From Dipteris shenzhenensis (taxonomy: Eukaryota): DNA of 64,000 bases. Under the pieces are notes generated by a model. It did not search any database and was not told the origin of the DNA. It saw nothing but the letters and a program-made list of their open reading frames with translations. Position numbers and translations under genes: made by a program. The stretch lies in NCBI GenBank assembly GCA_047967505.1, contig CM106538.1. One strand, written 5' to 3'. Below, one piece after another: positions 1-13,670 of the stretch (position 1 is the first letter of the stretch; the number at the start of each line of letters is the position of its first letter).

Positions 1-1894
1 CCACAATGAAAGATTTACGCAATGTGTCCTAATTTATTTTCTCCTTAGGGTTTAAGGCTCTGAACCATTGTCGAGCCTTCGCATCAAGACTCAAGCCCAA
101 AAGCATTGGTCTTGTCTATATCTCCTATATCACCAAACGTCTCATAGATTTGTTCAAATCTCTCAACATGGGAGACTGGGTCTCCTTCTCCTACAAACTT
201 GGTGATTAGCTTGGAGATTGTGACAGGATTGCTCCTTGAGGAGTTGGTATCCCTTCCTAGAACAACTAGAGGTGGTGTTGCGGCCTCCCTTCCTAGAGCT
301 TTCACTAGGATTCTCATAGCTTCATTTGCAAGGACCGTTGGCGATACATGAGGAGGTTGTGGAACGATGGGCCCTATTCCATACACTGATAGTCCTAATG
401 AAGGGTTGATGGCACAAGGTTGGGATGGGAGGATCCAGGCCCACTAGGCATTTGTATCATGACTTGGGTCGGGTTGGGCCTAGCAGGCTAGATTGGAGAT
501 CCTCTAGGGAGTGGTATGTTCCTTGCATGCATAGGCCTATAAGGGGTAGTTGTTGGGTAGGGAATATCTCTCATGTTTTGTTGCCAAGGAGGAATCATAG
601 GGGCTTTCAAGGTGGATGGCCTTAATTGTGGGCCTTTGAGGTTATCCCTCTGCTTCCTTTGCTCTAGCATTTGGGTCCCTTGTGAGAATCTGGGTCCAAA
701 TCCACCCCATAAGACTGTCTATCATCAAAGAATTGGTACAATGAGGGTTGATTTTGCCAGTAGGTACCATGGGACTCGGTTCCATGAGTATTTCTTGTGA
801 TATCGGTGGTTGGGCCGGCATTTGAGGCTCTATCATTGCCCTAGTCTACCCAGCAAATGGGTTTAGCAATTCTACTCGGTTTGTCAGTACAAACCTTTCT
901 ATGATATTGGAAAAGGTTTCTCTTAATCTAGCTATTATTGTAGATGGGGTAGGAGAGTAGACATCATTAAGGATGGAGTTTAGGGTCACTTAGGCTCTAA
1001 CATTAGACTATCCTAACTCATGGACTCTTCTGAGCTAGATAATTCACATGGCGGTGGTTCTTGTTGCAAGGAGTGAAAACCGACTTTTGAGCTTGCTGCC
1101 AACCCCAAGGATGCCAAGATGTGTATGGAGGTTGACAAGATGGTATGTGAGGCACTGTCTTCAGGCTCACGGTGAGCTTATAGGACTCTTTCTGATCTCA
1201 AGATCATGTGTTCATTGGCGCAATTGAGACCCCAATTCTAGGTTGAGTTTCCCTATGCCATAGCACGGCAGGGTCCAGGGATAGCATCTCGACAGGGTGC
1301 GGGGGCAGCACCCCAACGATGTTTTAACAAAATGGGGTTAATTTCAATGCAATCTGCATGCAAATTTCATCATTTCCCAATGCTCGAGGTCCCAACTTTC
1401 AGATGCTAGCTTACACTTATATCCCTAGTTTTTTCTAGTTTTTGTGTTCCCATAGCTATCCCTCCAGACGAGGGGATAGAGGCCTACAACACCAATCTAG
1501 TAGGGTAGAGCTAAAGCATTGACCTGATAGGATAGAGGTAAGGCACAGATCTGGTAAGATAGGCTAAAGCAACGACTTGGCAGGACAGAGCTAAGGCACT
1601 GATCTGGCAGGGATAGGCTAAAGCAACGATCCGACGGGATAGAGCTAAGGCACTGACTTGGCGGGATAGAGCTAAGGCACGACCGGCAGGATAGAGCTAA
1701 AGCACCAATCTGGTAGGATAGAGCTATAGCACTGATTGGTAGGATAGAGCTAAAGCACTGACTCGATGGGATAGAGTTAAGGCACCAACCTGGTGGGATA
1801 GAGTTCAGGAACGAACCCGGTGGGATAGTTTAAGGGAACTATATTCTTTGGCACCTTGGGATCATTGGCCACCACCATTTTTGTCCCTATCACA
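1..1894 (-). mobile_element. 5' part of a degenerate Ty3/gypsy-like LTR retrotransposon: 5' LTR ~1120-1894, PBS-like site, gag fragments 84-836
   Basis: 1120-1894 has TGTG...CACA termini. On the minus strand a TGG-starting PBS-like sequence (tggcatccttgggg) follows the LTR and a TATA-like gatataag lies near 1420. ORF 84-386 contains the gag-type motif KFVGEGDPVSHVERFEQ. Confidence 0.65.
1474..1840. repeat. Tandem array of ~13 degenerate ~27-bp units (agagctaaggcactgacttggcgggat-like) within the putative LTR
   Basis: Head-to-tail units read directly from the sequence, with no unique spacers. Confidence 0.9.
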
Positions 1895-4560
1895 ACTGCA
1901 TCTATGGTTGCTAGGACATGCATCTAGTTCTATGACAAATCGGTCTTTGGTTGTGTAGCATACCAGTGTTCATCCTGTTCCTCTCCCATGTCCTTATTGT
2001 TACATGCTTGGAACACATTGATGGAAGCGGTCCTTGCGTAGTGTCTAAATCAGCTACTACTACAAATAAGCTGCCAGTCATTGGGTGGGCTTTCCATGTT
2101 TGGAGATTGACGGTCATGATGTGCTCGGCCTTGCACAGATAGATTCTATTAAAGTCCTAGTCATGGACTAGAACCATAGCATGCATGGAGGGTCTCCCTA
2201 GAATGACATCATAGTCATTTGGCTATCTGTGGAAGTCCATTACGACAAACCAAACATGGTAGGCTTTCTATCATTTAGAACTCCCACCAGTTGGGTTGTC
2301 GTCACCATCGGGTAGTTTAACAACTAGATTGATGCTTTCCATCTCAGTTCTTCCCCATTTGGCCCAGCATTGTTTGGTGACAGTGCTGCCACCCACTCCT
2401 CCATCCAATATTGCCATAGCATTCTTGCCTTGTTAGGCAATTGGGAGCACGACATTCATATCATCGCTCTCAAAGTATTGGCCTAGCTTGTTGACCGGTA
2501 TCTTTAGCAGATGTGGCTCTTCCACGGGGCTTCCTCGGTCTCCACTTCCTCAAGGACAACCATTTGTCCCTTTGTCCAACCAGAGAGATCTCTCTAAAGG
2601 ATGGGGTTCCCCCTTAGTAGGGTTGCTATAGGAATTTTTACTTCTGTGGACAAGAATGTGGCGAGCTTTGCCACATCTCAAGGTTGGCTGATCAGCTCTT
2701 GGCCTTTTGACTATGGTTCTTCAAACCCATAAGAGGACATAGGGTCCTTATTTGCAGCCTGGTGCTAGGTTGGATCCTCTTCAAACATCTTGTGGCATAA
2801 GAGCAATCGTCCCACCAATGTGCTATTTGAGAATATCTCATCCACATTTTCTAGGGTGGGCAAAGTTCTGGGAGCTCTTTTTAGGGCTTGATGTTCTAGA
2901 TAGATGGTATCCATGCCCTTGTTATTCCCAAGCCTTTGCTCAAATATCTCTTCCCACTCATGGACTAAAGTTGTGCCTTTGCAAGGCATTGCTTCTCAGT
3001 AGTAGGGTCAGGGTATTCATTATGGTTGACTAGACTTAACTCCCATCTACGTGGTTGTGCTTGGCTGACCATACCCTTTTCCTCAAGCCATGGTATGGTA
3101 GGATCTAGGGTCAACCACAGGGGTCTTGAAGATGTGGCGGTGAAGACCGTAGTAGTCTCCTCATCTGAACCACTTTGAATGATGACTCGATCCAATCCCT
3201 TTCCTAATTTGATCGCACTCGCACGTCCTTTACCTTTGGATTGAGATGTGGCTGCTCTTTCTTTCTTGGCTTGTTTATGCAATTCTTTATTCATAGCACT
3301 AGCTTGGGCCCTTGTAATCACATTTAATGATATTAAGGACACTCGGCCTCTCTCAATACTTAGCAAATTGATGCTAGTTTTAGGATCAGGGGCCATTCTA
3401 GGTACCCTTCTCATGGGACAGTCCTTATATAGATGGTCCACCCCACAACCTGGACATAACGTAGCATTCGGGTTAGTAACGAGGATGTTCTATGCAAGGG
3501 CCAGTCATCCTTATAAGGACAATCCTTAAGGAAGTGAGGTCTCTATCAAGTATAACAAGCTGTGGGATGATTGGTGGCTATTACCTTGTAAGGACACTCA
3601 CTTTCTCAGTGCAGGTCTTGACAAGTATAACATTGGATAGCTGGCCTGCGATTCTCACGGTGTTCATATCCCTAGCTCATTGCATAGTAGGAATAGTTTG
3701 ATACATCGAAATATTATTTTGTCTTGCATAATGTGGTGGCTCACCTTGCTAATATGATATATAGGACTCTCATAAGGTGAGGAATCAAGTGCTAGAATGA
3801 CATAGTGAGAATTTTCCTCTCACTAGATGGCTCTTCATCAATGATAACCTAATTTATAGGCGTAATCCATGGTGCTAGGGATTACAGACCCATGATAGGT
3901 GGTGGCAATGGTAGGTTTTGAGACCTAGGTGGCCCTTGGTTGGCCGAGAGGGCTCCATGTATAGCTAGCTACTCTGGGTTAAGTTCATTTGGCAGTGTAG
4001 GCAAGGACAAGAATTGCCTCTGTTGATACATGTGCAAGGGCATAGACTTGGGGTACCAACATTGAGAAGTTATATGATTTCCCCATCTTGCATAGTGAGC
4101 ACAGTAAAGCCCTAGCTTAGCTTGAAGGCAGGGGCACACATTTGTAGGATGGTTGCCCATGCATATCCCACATCATTCATTGTCTGGTCTCAAAAACAAG
4201 TGAGGATTGCTGAGGCCTTCTTGTCCCAACCCACCCTTGAGTTGTTGGGCCACTCAGTTCAATAGATCCATAGCTACTTCCTCTATGTTTGTGCTTCTAC
4301 CTAGTAGAGTTGCATCCTTGGCCTCACCTGTGCTAATTTCTTGCCTATATGAGACACCTCGAATGGAGGTGAATGTGAATTTTTTGATTGTGCCTTATCC
4401 TTCATATTATCATCCAAGAGTATAGCCATCTTGCTGCACAACTCTTCCTTTGCAACACTAAAGGGAAGGATCAACAAATCGACAACAGCTTCACTGACCC
4501 CTCTAATGGCTCTTACACAAAGGGACCCCACTGGGTTCCAAAAGGTACACCTTCACCATT
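1895..4560 (-). mobile_element. Older degenerate Ty3/gypsy-like gag-protease region, interrupted at ~1894 by the younger element
   Basis: Minus-strand CCHC knuckle CPGCGVDHLYKDCP (~3415-3457), further Cys/His remnants at ~4050-4170, and aspartic-protease-like AILDGGVGG (~2390-2420). Many stops. Confidence 0.6.
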
Positions 4561-6553
4561 AGCCTTTGAGCCTATGGAAGGTTAGAGTCATCATGCAGCT
4601 TTGCTTCCCCACTCACCTCCTACACCAACGAGAGTACAAGCTGCATGATGCAAGACAACAAGTAGAAAATGGAAGTACCATTATAGGTGGATACCAAAGT
4701 GGTTGCTATAGGCACAAGGCTAAGATGATGTTAACAAATACATATGGGTGCCTAAGTCCTATCTACAACAACTCGGCCCCCTTTTAAGTCTCCTCCTAAT
4801 GCCAACATGTAGCCTTTCATGTTATTCATGGATAACATAGCAGTAGCACCACAAGAACCTATTCCAAAAAATGGAGGAGCCCCTCAAGAACCCATTGCTG
4901 GGACCTCAGGGCAAAATATGGCTAGGATGAAACTATAGGCAACTCCTTTCTACCTCTGAGTTCTTATGTTACAAGGAAAAGCTTCACAAGTAGCCTCGTA
5001 GCAATGACACAAGAACCCACCCCAAAAAATGGGGAAGTAACACAAGAACCCACTGTATTAAAACAAAAATGCAAGTACCGCTAGATTCCCAAATACCAAT
5101 TACTAAAGACAGCCTCCACTCTCACCTCAACTTTGGCAATGAATGTGGTATAACACAAGAACCTATTTCTAAATGTGAAGTAGTCCCACAAGAACCTACC
5201 ATTGCTTCTAGGCCATAGGTACCCCAATTGAACACCAACACCCTCATAGGTGCCACAAAAAGTTGAGTAGTTCCTCAAGTCTATGTATAATTTCAAGCTA
5301 TACTCCTATCGATTGATGATGGTGCTCAACCTATGCGCTTCAATACCAATAAACTGGCATCAACCATCCATGGTTCTACCTCCTCTCATTTTTGGCTTCT
5401 CTCCTCTGACCTTCCTTGCTGGGTCTGCCTCTTTGAGGCCTCTCCCTTCCCACGTTCTCTATTTCCTATTTCTCTCCTCTCCAATCTGACTTTCTCCACT
5501 CCCTCTAGTCAAGTTTGTTGTTTGCGGTGGTGTGTCTACTTCTACCATCGCTAAAACTGTATGGGATCAAGCTGCAGTGATCAGTTCATTATGCTCGTGG
5601 TTATGTTCATGGAATAGTGGGTGGTGATCGGCGTATCCATGCGCGATGGCTTCTGCTCTCTGCTTGAAGGGATAGAGCATATAGTGGAGGCACAAGAGTC
5701 TCTAGGGCCTGCATCATGCTCAGTGCCAACAAGTGGAAAGGATATCAGATCCCTTCAACACTCAAATGTGTGGCGTTGTGAACGCGGGAATCCTGTCACC
5801 TATTCGATTTTTGTCTGTGAAGCATATTTTCTTACCTTTTGTTTGTAGCTCTCATTGCATAAATTTAACCTCATTTATAGCTTCAACTTCTTTGCTGACA
5901 TTTCTCCTGACTCTAAAGGGGGAATTTGATGCCATCTTGTGAACATTTATATGCGTAAAATGATTGTGGTAAGATTTAACAGTGGGATTCTTTGAAAAAA
6001 TGTTCCCTCAGTTTGTGTGTTATTTTGGTTAATGTTAGTTTGTGTTTTTCTATCCAATAAGTCAAAGTAACAAAATACTTACCCACATATTCTGTTCATA
6101 GGTAACTCCCATGGAGAACTCGGTCTTTCACCATCTTTGTCTACTTTTTGGCCGTGAGTTATCTGATAGACTGGCCTTAACAACTTGCTAAATATTTCAA
6201 TTTCTCTTCTTCCTAATAGACTCTAACCAGATCTGGCCATCCGTAGTGGGGTTGCTTGGTCTGGAAACTAAATCACTTATGGTTGTTCTTTCGAAACGAT
6301 GTGTTCTCACATTCTCTCCTCATGGACATGCATGCTATAATGTCCAAACCTCTGAGGGACCTATAAATTCATACTATGCTCCATTTTTTTCCACTTGCAG
6401 CTTATGTTTGATTCTGTGTCCTTCTCTTGTGTGGATATCAACGTTGAAATGGATGATTGTGAAGGTTCGGTTTCTTGCATGCTATTTCAAGTTCATTCTA
6501 TGCAATAGAGTCTCTTTCATACGCCCTTTCACCTATACATATTATCTTGCTTA

Positions 6554-7259
6554 TGTTACAGAAATTATATTTCTTGTATATCTTGCTTTGGACATTATTA
6601 TTTTAGTCATGTGACTATGACAAAGTACTCCATAGGAGCGCACCAGACACGGCGGGGGTCCTAGTGGATACTTTGTGTCGTTAGTTGGGGATGCCTGACT
6701 AGCTTGTGTTTTGCCATGCTAGATGGTCGGTATTATGGGTGATTCCATGTTAATACTGGTGTTGCTAGTGTTATTGATGTTGTGCTTTGAGCGAGGTTAT
6801 GTTGGGATCAGTTGATTCGATGATTTGTTCAATTGATTGTTAATAACTAATGTAATTGGCAGCTTGAGTACAAGTGATGGAACTCATAGTGAGGATTGGA
6901 GTTAGTGTGAGGGTACCGATCGAGGTGTCACACAATGCATCATTTATGGCCATGGGCCAATTTTGTATTTCTTAATTATTGCAAGTTTCACCAATATATT
7001 TTGGAGTGGACATAATTCAATTTTGGGCCCAAAGATGGCTATGTAAAGCAAATCCCTCATTTTGGAAGAGAGGGATAATTTTGGCTGCTAGTGCTTTTAT
7101 GAAATATAGTAAATACTCTAGATGAGGAAACGTGAACCACTCATCTAAGGGGGGGAGATTGTACCCAGTCTACTATTGTTTTCATGGTGTGATTTGTGTT
7201 CTTCTTCTCCAATTGATTAAGTGGTGAATTTTGTGTGGAAATATCTTTTTTTGGTTTCA
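6554..7259 (+). repeat. 5' LTR
   Basis: Direct repeat of 11575-12296, followed by the tRNA-Met PBS. Confidence 0.95.
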
Positions 7260-10200
7260 GTGGTATCAGAGCTTGGTTCACGCTCTTGTGGAGGAAGAAG
7301 AGAGAAGTCTAGTGAAGGAGACTGGAGTCGAGAGTACCACCTAACTCATGTGCAGAATCAGAGCTTGTGGGGAGAGAAAGTTTGCATTGAGGGATGTGCC
7401 CATGCATGTGTTTTGGAACCTCATTCAAGGCCACGTTGTTCTCAAAGTCCCTGCAGCTATAAAACATCCCTTATGCTAAAAACGCTAAAATCTCTCTTTA
7501 GTTTTCAGCTTCGAAGTTTGCACCAAGCAGCGCAGTGTGCAATAAAATCAATTCCCCTCAATCGTGTATGTACCTATTTTTTTGACAGTGTGCTCCAGGG
7601 TCCACACAATCTGTAGCAACTATCGTGCATCACTGAGTAGACTCCATAGCACTGCCCTTGTGGAATCAGCCTCTGACATCATCTGGGGGCTTGTACCTCC
7701 ATGCGCCCATCTACAAAGTGCAGACCTACATCCACCTGCTCATCAAAGCATCCCCAAATCATTACTGCAGGTCTCATCGTCAACACACTCAGCCTTCTTG
7801 CAGTATTTCGGCCTGCACGTAGTGTAGCCATGCACTCATGGACTCCGGAGCAACCATCAGGCCGCAGGTCCTCACAGTTCGCATTGCCCTCAGAATGATC
7901 AAACATCAGCATTGAGCAGAATTGGGGGACTCGAAATCGTACGTAGCCAAGTCAAAGGTTCCTTTGACTAAATACAAAGCAAGGGTAAAGGAACCCCAAG
8001 GTTCCCCAAAAAAAAAAGGGCCTTATAAAGAAAAATGTAAAATTAAAAAACAAACAAACAAACAAACAAAATCCAAGGAAATTCAGCAAGCTACGAGGCC
8101 CAATAAGGTGAAGACCACAATCGAATTTGAACGCTCGAATCAAGAAGGAGATTTGGAACCATAAAATCTCTGTGCAATTAATTGGAGAGTGGTCGAGCAC
8201 AAAGGTGACTACAAGCGACATCATTGGTCACATATCTCCCACTCTAGTCTTTTCTATGTTCGATCAAAGAGTGAGATACGTGATTTCTCTTGCTTTATAT
8301 TTCATACACTTAGTATCATCCGCCATCCATTTCTTACCATACACTCAAAATCACACTTCTTTCGTTTAATTTCTCATACACTTAGTATCCTTATTTTCCT
8401 CGACTCCCCTTTATTTGTAATTATTGCATTATCATGGCGAATCAACCACAACCACCCATGCTTCAAGAGCAGTTAGATGCACGTCAGGCATAGTTGGCCG
8501 ATGAGCGTGAGCATAGGGAGAGATTGGAAAAGAAAATCAATGGTAAGAAAAGGAAGAGGCATTCATCTGACAATGAGTCATCCAACGATTATTCCGAAGA
8601 TGATACTATTATTGGGACAGTCAAAGCCACACTGAGAGGACAGAATTTGAGGAAGGGGAGTAAGATAAGTAGAAAAGCTTTCTCATCTCGATGGAAAGAA
8701 AGATGCATGCACTGTCTTGTCTTGGATCAGTTAGCTAGATGATTATTTTCCAAGGGAGAAACTCTCTGAAAAAGACAAGATTAAATGTGCTGCAAATCAT
8801 TTAGTGGAGAGTGCTGCACTTTGGTGGAACATCATAAGCACAGTAAAAGGCGACCAAAATCTTGGAAGTCTTTTCAAAAGCTCATTAAGAGCGATTTCCT
8901 TCCTTCACACTTCAAAGCAAAAACCAGACAATAGTGGGATACTTTCAGGCAATTTGATAAAGAAACAATCTCCACATACACTGATAGGTTTTGGCAAATG
9001 TTGATCCAATTACAGTCCTTAGAGAAAGTGAGTGACTGAGATCAACGAAGAAAGTATGTGGTAGGTCTAAAATCTAAGTTGAGAGCTAAGATTAACATGT
9101 TTCATCCTCGCTCACTAAACTCTACAATTTCTCTTGCAATGAATTGTGAGAGAAAGAATGGAATCCCAAAGGAAGGGAAAGATTTGAAACGGCCTGTACC
9201 CTTCCATAAGAAAAGGAGTTTGATAAAAAGCCCTTTTTTAAATCTAAGACTGGTTTTGTTCCATAGAATACAGATTCTTCTTTGAATGTGAAAGGTAGAA
9301 ATTTCCCAAAGAAAGAAATCAGGTGTTTTAGATGCAACAAGGTGGGACATATAGCAACTGAATGTCCTGAAAGAAAGAAGACCCTAGCGGCAAAAGTGCA
9401 CATGATCGAGAATAAAGCAGCCAAGCAAGAGGGAGGTAAGTATAATTGTCATGTTCTTCTAAAAATGAAAGGTTTCATTAATGGTAAAGAGGTTGTTATT
9501 CTACATGACGATGGTAGTACACATGATTTCATTTCGGAAAGAGCCTTAGCAAAGCTGAACCTAGAGTCACTCCCATCTAACTATAAAGTCAAAGTTGCTT
9601 TTACCAAGATAAAGTATAATTGCACTAGAGAAGTCAAGAATCTTCAAATTTTAATCAAACCTTACAAGGATAGATGAGACTTTCTAGTGGCACCCCTATA
9701 GGGAGTTGATATCATCTTAGGAATGCCATGGAGACATCAATATAATCCTAAGATAGATTATGATTCACATTAGATGTGGATTGAGAAGAACAAACAAGAA
9801 ATATGTCCGAAAAGTTTGATGAAACTTGAGATCAGTCCTTTACTCAACCATACACAAGCCAAGAGAGCAACTAGGAAACATGAGAAGACATATCTGATTT
9901 TGATTAAATATGGTAACGGCTACTCAGCCAAACACTAAGCCTACACACCAAAAGTTTCTTTCTCAAATTTTTGATTGTTTCTTAGAGGATTTACCACCTG
10001 GATTACCCTGTTCTTGGCCTGAAAATCATAGGATAGAAATCCTACCGAGTAATACTCTACCTTGCAAAGCTCCTTATAGAATTAACTAGCTAGAGCAAAA
10101 GGAAATTCAAAAGCAAGTGGAGGAACTAATAGAGAGAGGATTGATAAGACCCAGTAGTTCTCCTTATGGAGCACCTATCTTATTAGTCAAAAAGAAGAAT

Positions 10201-11574
10201 GGAACCTATCGAATGTGTATAGACTACCGTGCACTAAACAAAATCACAATGAAGAACAAATAACCAATCCCTAGGATTGATGATCTTTTAGACAAATTGT
10301 AATGGAAGAAATGCACCAACCATTATATATGGGACATAGGGGAGTGATTGCCACTTTACACTTGATAACAAGAGAATTTCATTGGTCTACTATAAGAAAA
10401 GATGTGGCTAAGTTTGTAGCTAAATGCATCACTTTGTCGAAGATCAAGAGTTACAAAGGAAAGGCCTCTGGGTTGTTAATGCCTTTATCTATTCCTATGC
10501 AACCTTGGGAACAAATATCCATGGATTTCATAACAGGTTTTCCTACTACAACGAATCAAAATGATATGATTTAGACGATAGTAGACCGCTTTAGTAAGCA
10601 AGCTTATTTCATACCATGCAAGAAGACTTTAATAGCTCAGCAAGCTGCACACATATTCATCAAGCATATCTTTATTCATCATGGCTTGCCAAAGATTATA
10701 GTGTCTGATCGAGATATTCGAAGTTTTGTAGTAATTTCTGGACTGCATTATTTCATAATCTAGGCACTAAGTTAGATTTTTCATCAGCTTTTCATCTAGA
10801 ATCGAATGGACAAACTAAAGTCACAAATAGTACTATTCTAGACATGTTAAGAGCTTATGTGGGAAGTCAACCAAAGACTTGGGACAAATATCTACACCTC
10901 TTACAGTTTGCTTATAATAATACTCCTCATTCTGCAACTGGAAGAGCACCCTTTGAGATCATCTATGGGAAAGTTTTACCTATTCCTATCACACGATTGA
11001 CCCATAGAGTGGAGGTAGCAGATGCATTTACCCATGACTATCAAAATATTCTCAAAGAGGTTCTATAAGCCATTGCACTCGCTCAAGAGAAGTAAACAAA
11101 ACAAGCTAATAAGAAATGGAAACACATGCTTTTTAAAGAAGGTGATTATGTACTTCTTTAGATTGAGAAAAGAAGATTGAAGAGTGTTGAGAAATGGCCA
11201 GTAATCAAGATGTCCTCTCATTTTTATGGGCCTTTCAAGGTGATTTAGAAAATCAATGATCTAGCTTATAGGCTTGAATTACCTGATAATTGGAAAATAC
11301 ATAATGCTTTTCATATTAGCCTCCCTTCAAAGGACCTTTACCTATACATCCTATTTATGAAGAAGGAATACTAGAACTTGAATGCATTATTGATCATCAA
11401 CAGACCTCAACCCGAAAAGGAAATGCCTACACTAAATACTTGCTCAAATTTAGGAATCATCCGAGAGATGATGCTTAGTGGATGCTTGAGCGATACCTTT
11501 GAACTTTTCCACACCTTATCAGTTCCTATAATCAAACACGCAACTAAGGTCAGTTGCAATCCAAGAAAGAGGGA

Positions 11575-12296
11575 TGTTATGGCAATTATATTTATGGTAT
11601 ATCTTGCTTTGGACATTATTATTTTAGTTAAGTGTGACTATGACAAAGTACTCCATAGGAGCGCATCAGACACAGCAGGGGTCCTACTAAATACTTTGTG
11701 TGGTTAGTTGGGGACACCTGACTAGCTTGTGTTTTGCCATGCTAGATGGTCGGTATTGTGGGTGAATCCATGTTAATACTGATGTCACTAGTGTTATTGG
11801 TGTTGTGCTTGATTATTGTGCTTTGAGCGTGGTTATGTTGGGATCGGTTGATTTGGTGATTTGTTTAATCAATTGTTAATAACTAATGTAATTGGCAGCT
11901 TGAGTATAGGTGATGGAACTCATAGCGAGGATTGGAGTTAGTGTGAGGGTACCGATCGAGGTCTCGCACAGTGCATCATTTATGGCCATGGGCCAATTTT
12001 GTATTTCTTAATTATTGCAAGTTTGAGCAATATATTTTGGAGTGGACATAATTCAAATTTGGTCCCAAAGATGGCTATTTAAAGCAAATCCCTCATTTTG
12101 GAAGAGAGGGATAATTTTGGCTACTGGTGCTTTTATGAAATATAATAAATACTCTAGATGAGGAAGCATGAGCCCACTCATCGAAGGGGGGGAGATTGTA
12201 CCCAGTCTATTGTTGCTTTCGTGGTGTGATTTGTGTTCTTCTTCTCCAATTGATTAAGTGGTGAATTTTGTGTGGAAAGATCTCTTTTTGGTTTCA
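11575..12296 (+). repeat. 3' LTR
   Basis: Preceded by the PPT and followed by TSD GCTTA. Confidence 0.95.
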
Positions 12297-13670
12297 GCTT
12301 ATTTTTTGCTTACGTAGAAAATCAAGCTTCACTTGACATGTTTATGAGCTCATTTTAATACAGCTTTGATAGGTGGTCATTTGATAGGTGCTCTTTCATA
12401 TCAAAATAGATTGGCTACTCCTGTTTATTTTATAGTGTTGAAACAATGATTTTAAGCACTTCCAAAATAATTGTATGACTTACTAAGGTGGCTATGTTTG
12501 ATGAAGTTATTAGAATATAGTCCTTTTAGAGATCATAAAGAATGCATATCGAATGGGCTCAAAATCTGAAATGTGAACATTTTAGAATTTTAGAGTAAAA
12601 GAAGAGGACACTGATTTTATAGCCACTGAGGACAGTGTAAACTCGCATAATTGGCATGTTAATGTAAGAAGAGAGTAGACTATTTATACTAGCAATACTG
12701 GCATCTCTTTTTGTTGTAATAGTTTGTTGATAGATTAATCTTGCAATACTAGTAGTTTCTAAAATTATATAATAGATATGTATTTTTATTTAAAGTTTCC
12801 ATTTCGTATTCTAAAGCTACTTTGTGCATATTGTGTTATGAAATATTTGTTGATGTCAACGTACTTAGCAAAGAATGAAACATGCAATTTTACTTGTAAG
12901 AAAAAACTTAATATTAAGTGTTAGTCAAACGGATATACAAATTTTATATTTTGATTGAAATAGTTTCTAAAATTGTACACTATTTTCCTAGCACATCATA
13001 TTTCAGTTGAGGAGAAAGCAACACCTTTGTTGAACAATTACTCCTCCCCTATTGCAACAAGTCACAATACTAGCTCCTCTGTATTGCATGGTGTCACATC
13101 TCTTTTGGTTGCATCCCCTCGTCCTTCGGTGAGAGGTCCTCCCACCTATAGGTAGTCTGTGAAGAGGTCTCCCCTGATAAGTCATGCAGTGTGGATAAGA
13201 AGACAAAGACCCTTAACTTTGTATGTGAAACATCCACACTTGTTTTCCTTGTACTATGTTTTGGATCGGCCATAATTGTATTGGTTAATGAAGACTCCAA
13301 TTCAGCTCTCCTTTTTTTTTTTTGTTAAATTCCTTTCAGAATATGCATGGAAATACAAACATTTGTGGATAGTGAATGACAAGTTGAAGTACATTTAGCT
13401 TTGCATTAGATTTACTCGTGTACTTTTGATAATTTGTCTTGTTGTTGTTGTTGTGGTAAATCTCAATTTTGAAGTTGAAAATTTTCACAATAGATTTGTA
13501 TAGCATTGGGTCCAAAGGAGAAACCAAGATTGTATTTTCTTGAAGTAGTTGCAAGTAATCTTCCACTATGTTGATACCCGGGTACAAGTTATGAAAGAAT
13601 GTACTTTCTATCCTTTGATTATTTGAAATTCTTCGATTGTTTATTACCTTTTCAATCTTGCTAGTCATTC

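Larger units (their letters stand above)
6554..12296 (+). mobile_element. Ty3/gypsy chromovirus-type LTR retrotransposon with both LTRs, decayed and internally deleted
   Basis: LTRs 6554-7259 and 11575-12296 (TG...CA). 5-bp TSD GCTTA at 6549-6553 and 12297-12301. PBS tggtatcagagc at 7261-7272; PPT aagaaagaggga at 11563-11574. Coding remnants: gag, knuckle CFRCNKVGHIATEC, protease LHDDGSTHDFI, RT start [12 protein letters not shown], integrase PWEQISMDFITG, chromodomain-like remnant ~11370-11490. Confidence 0.97.

Noticed and set aside
1474-1840. CRISPR array
   Set aside because: Units are contiguous and degenerate with no unique spacers; no cas genes; eukaryotic LTR context.
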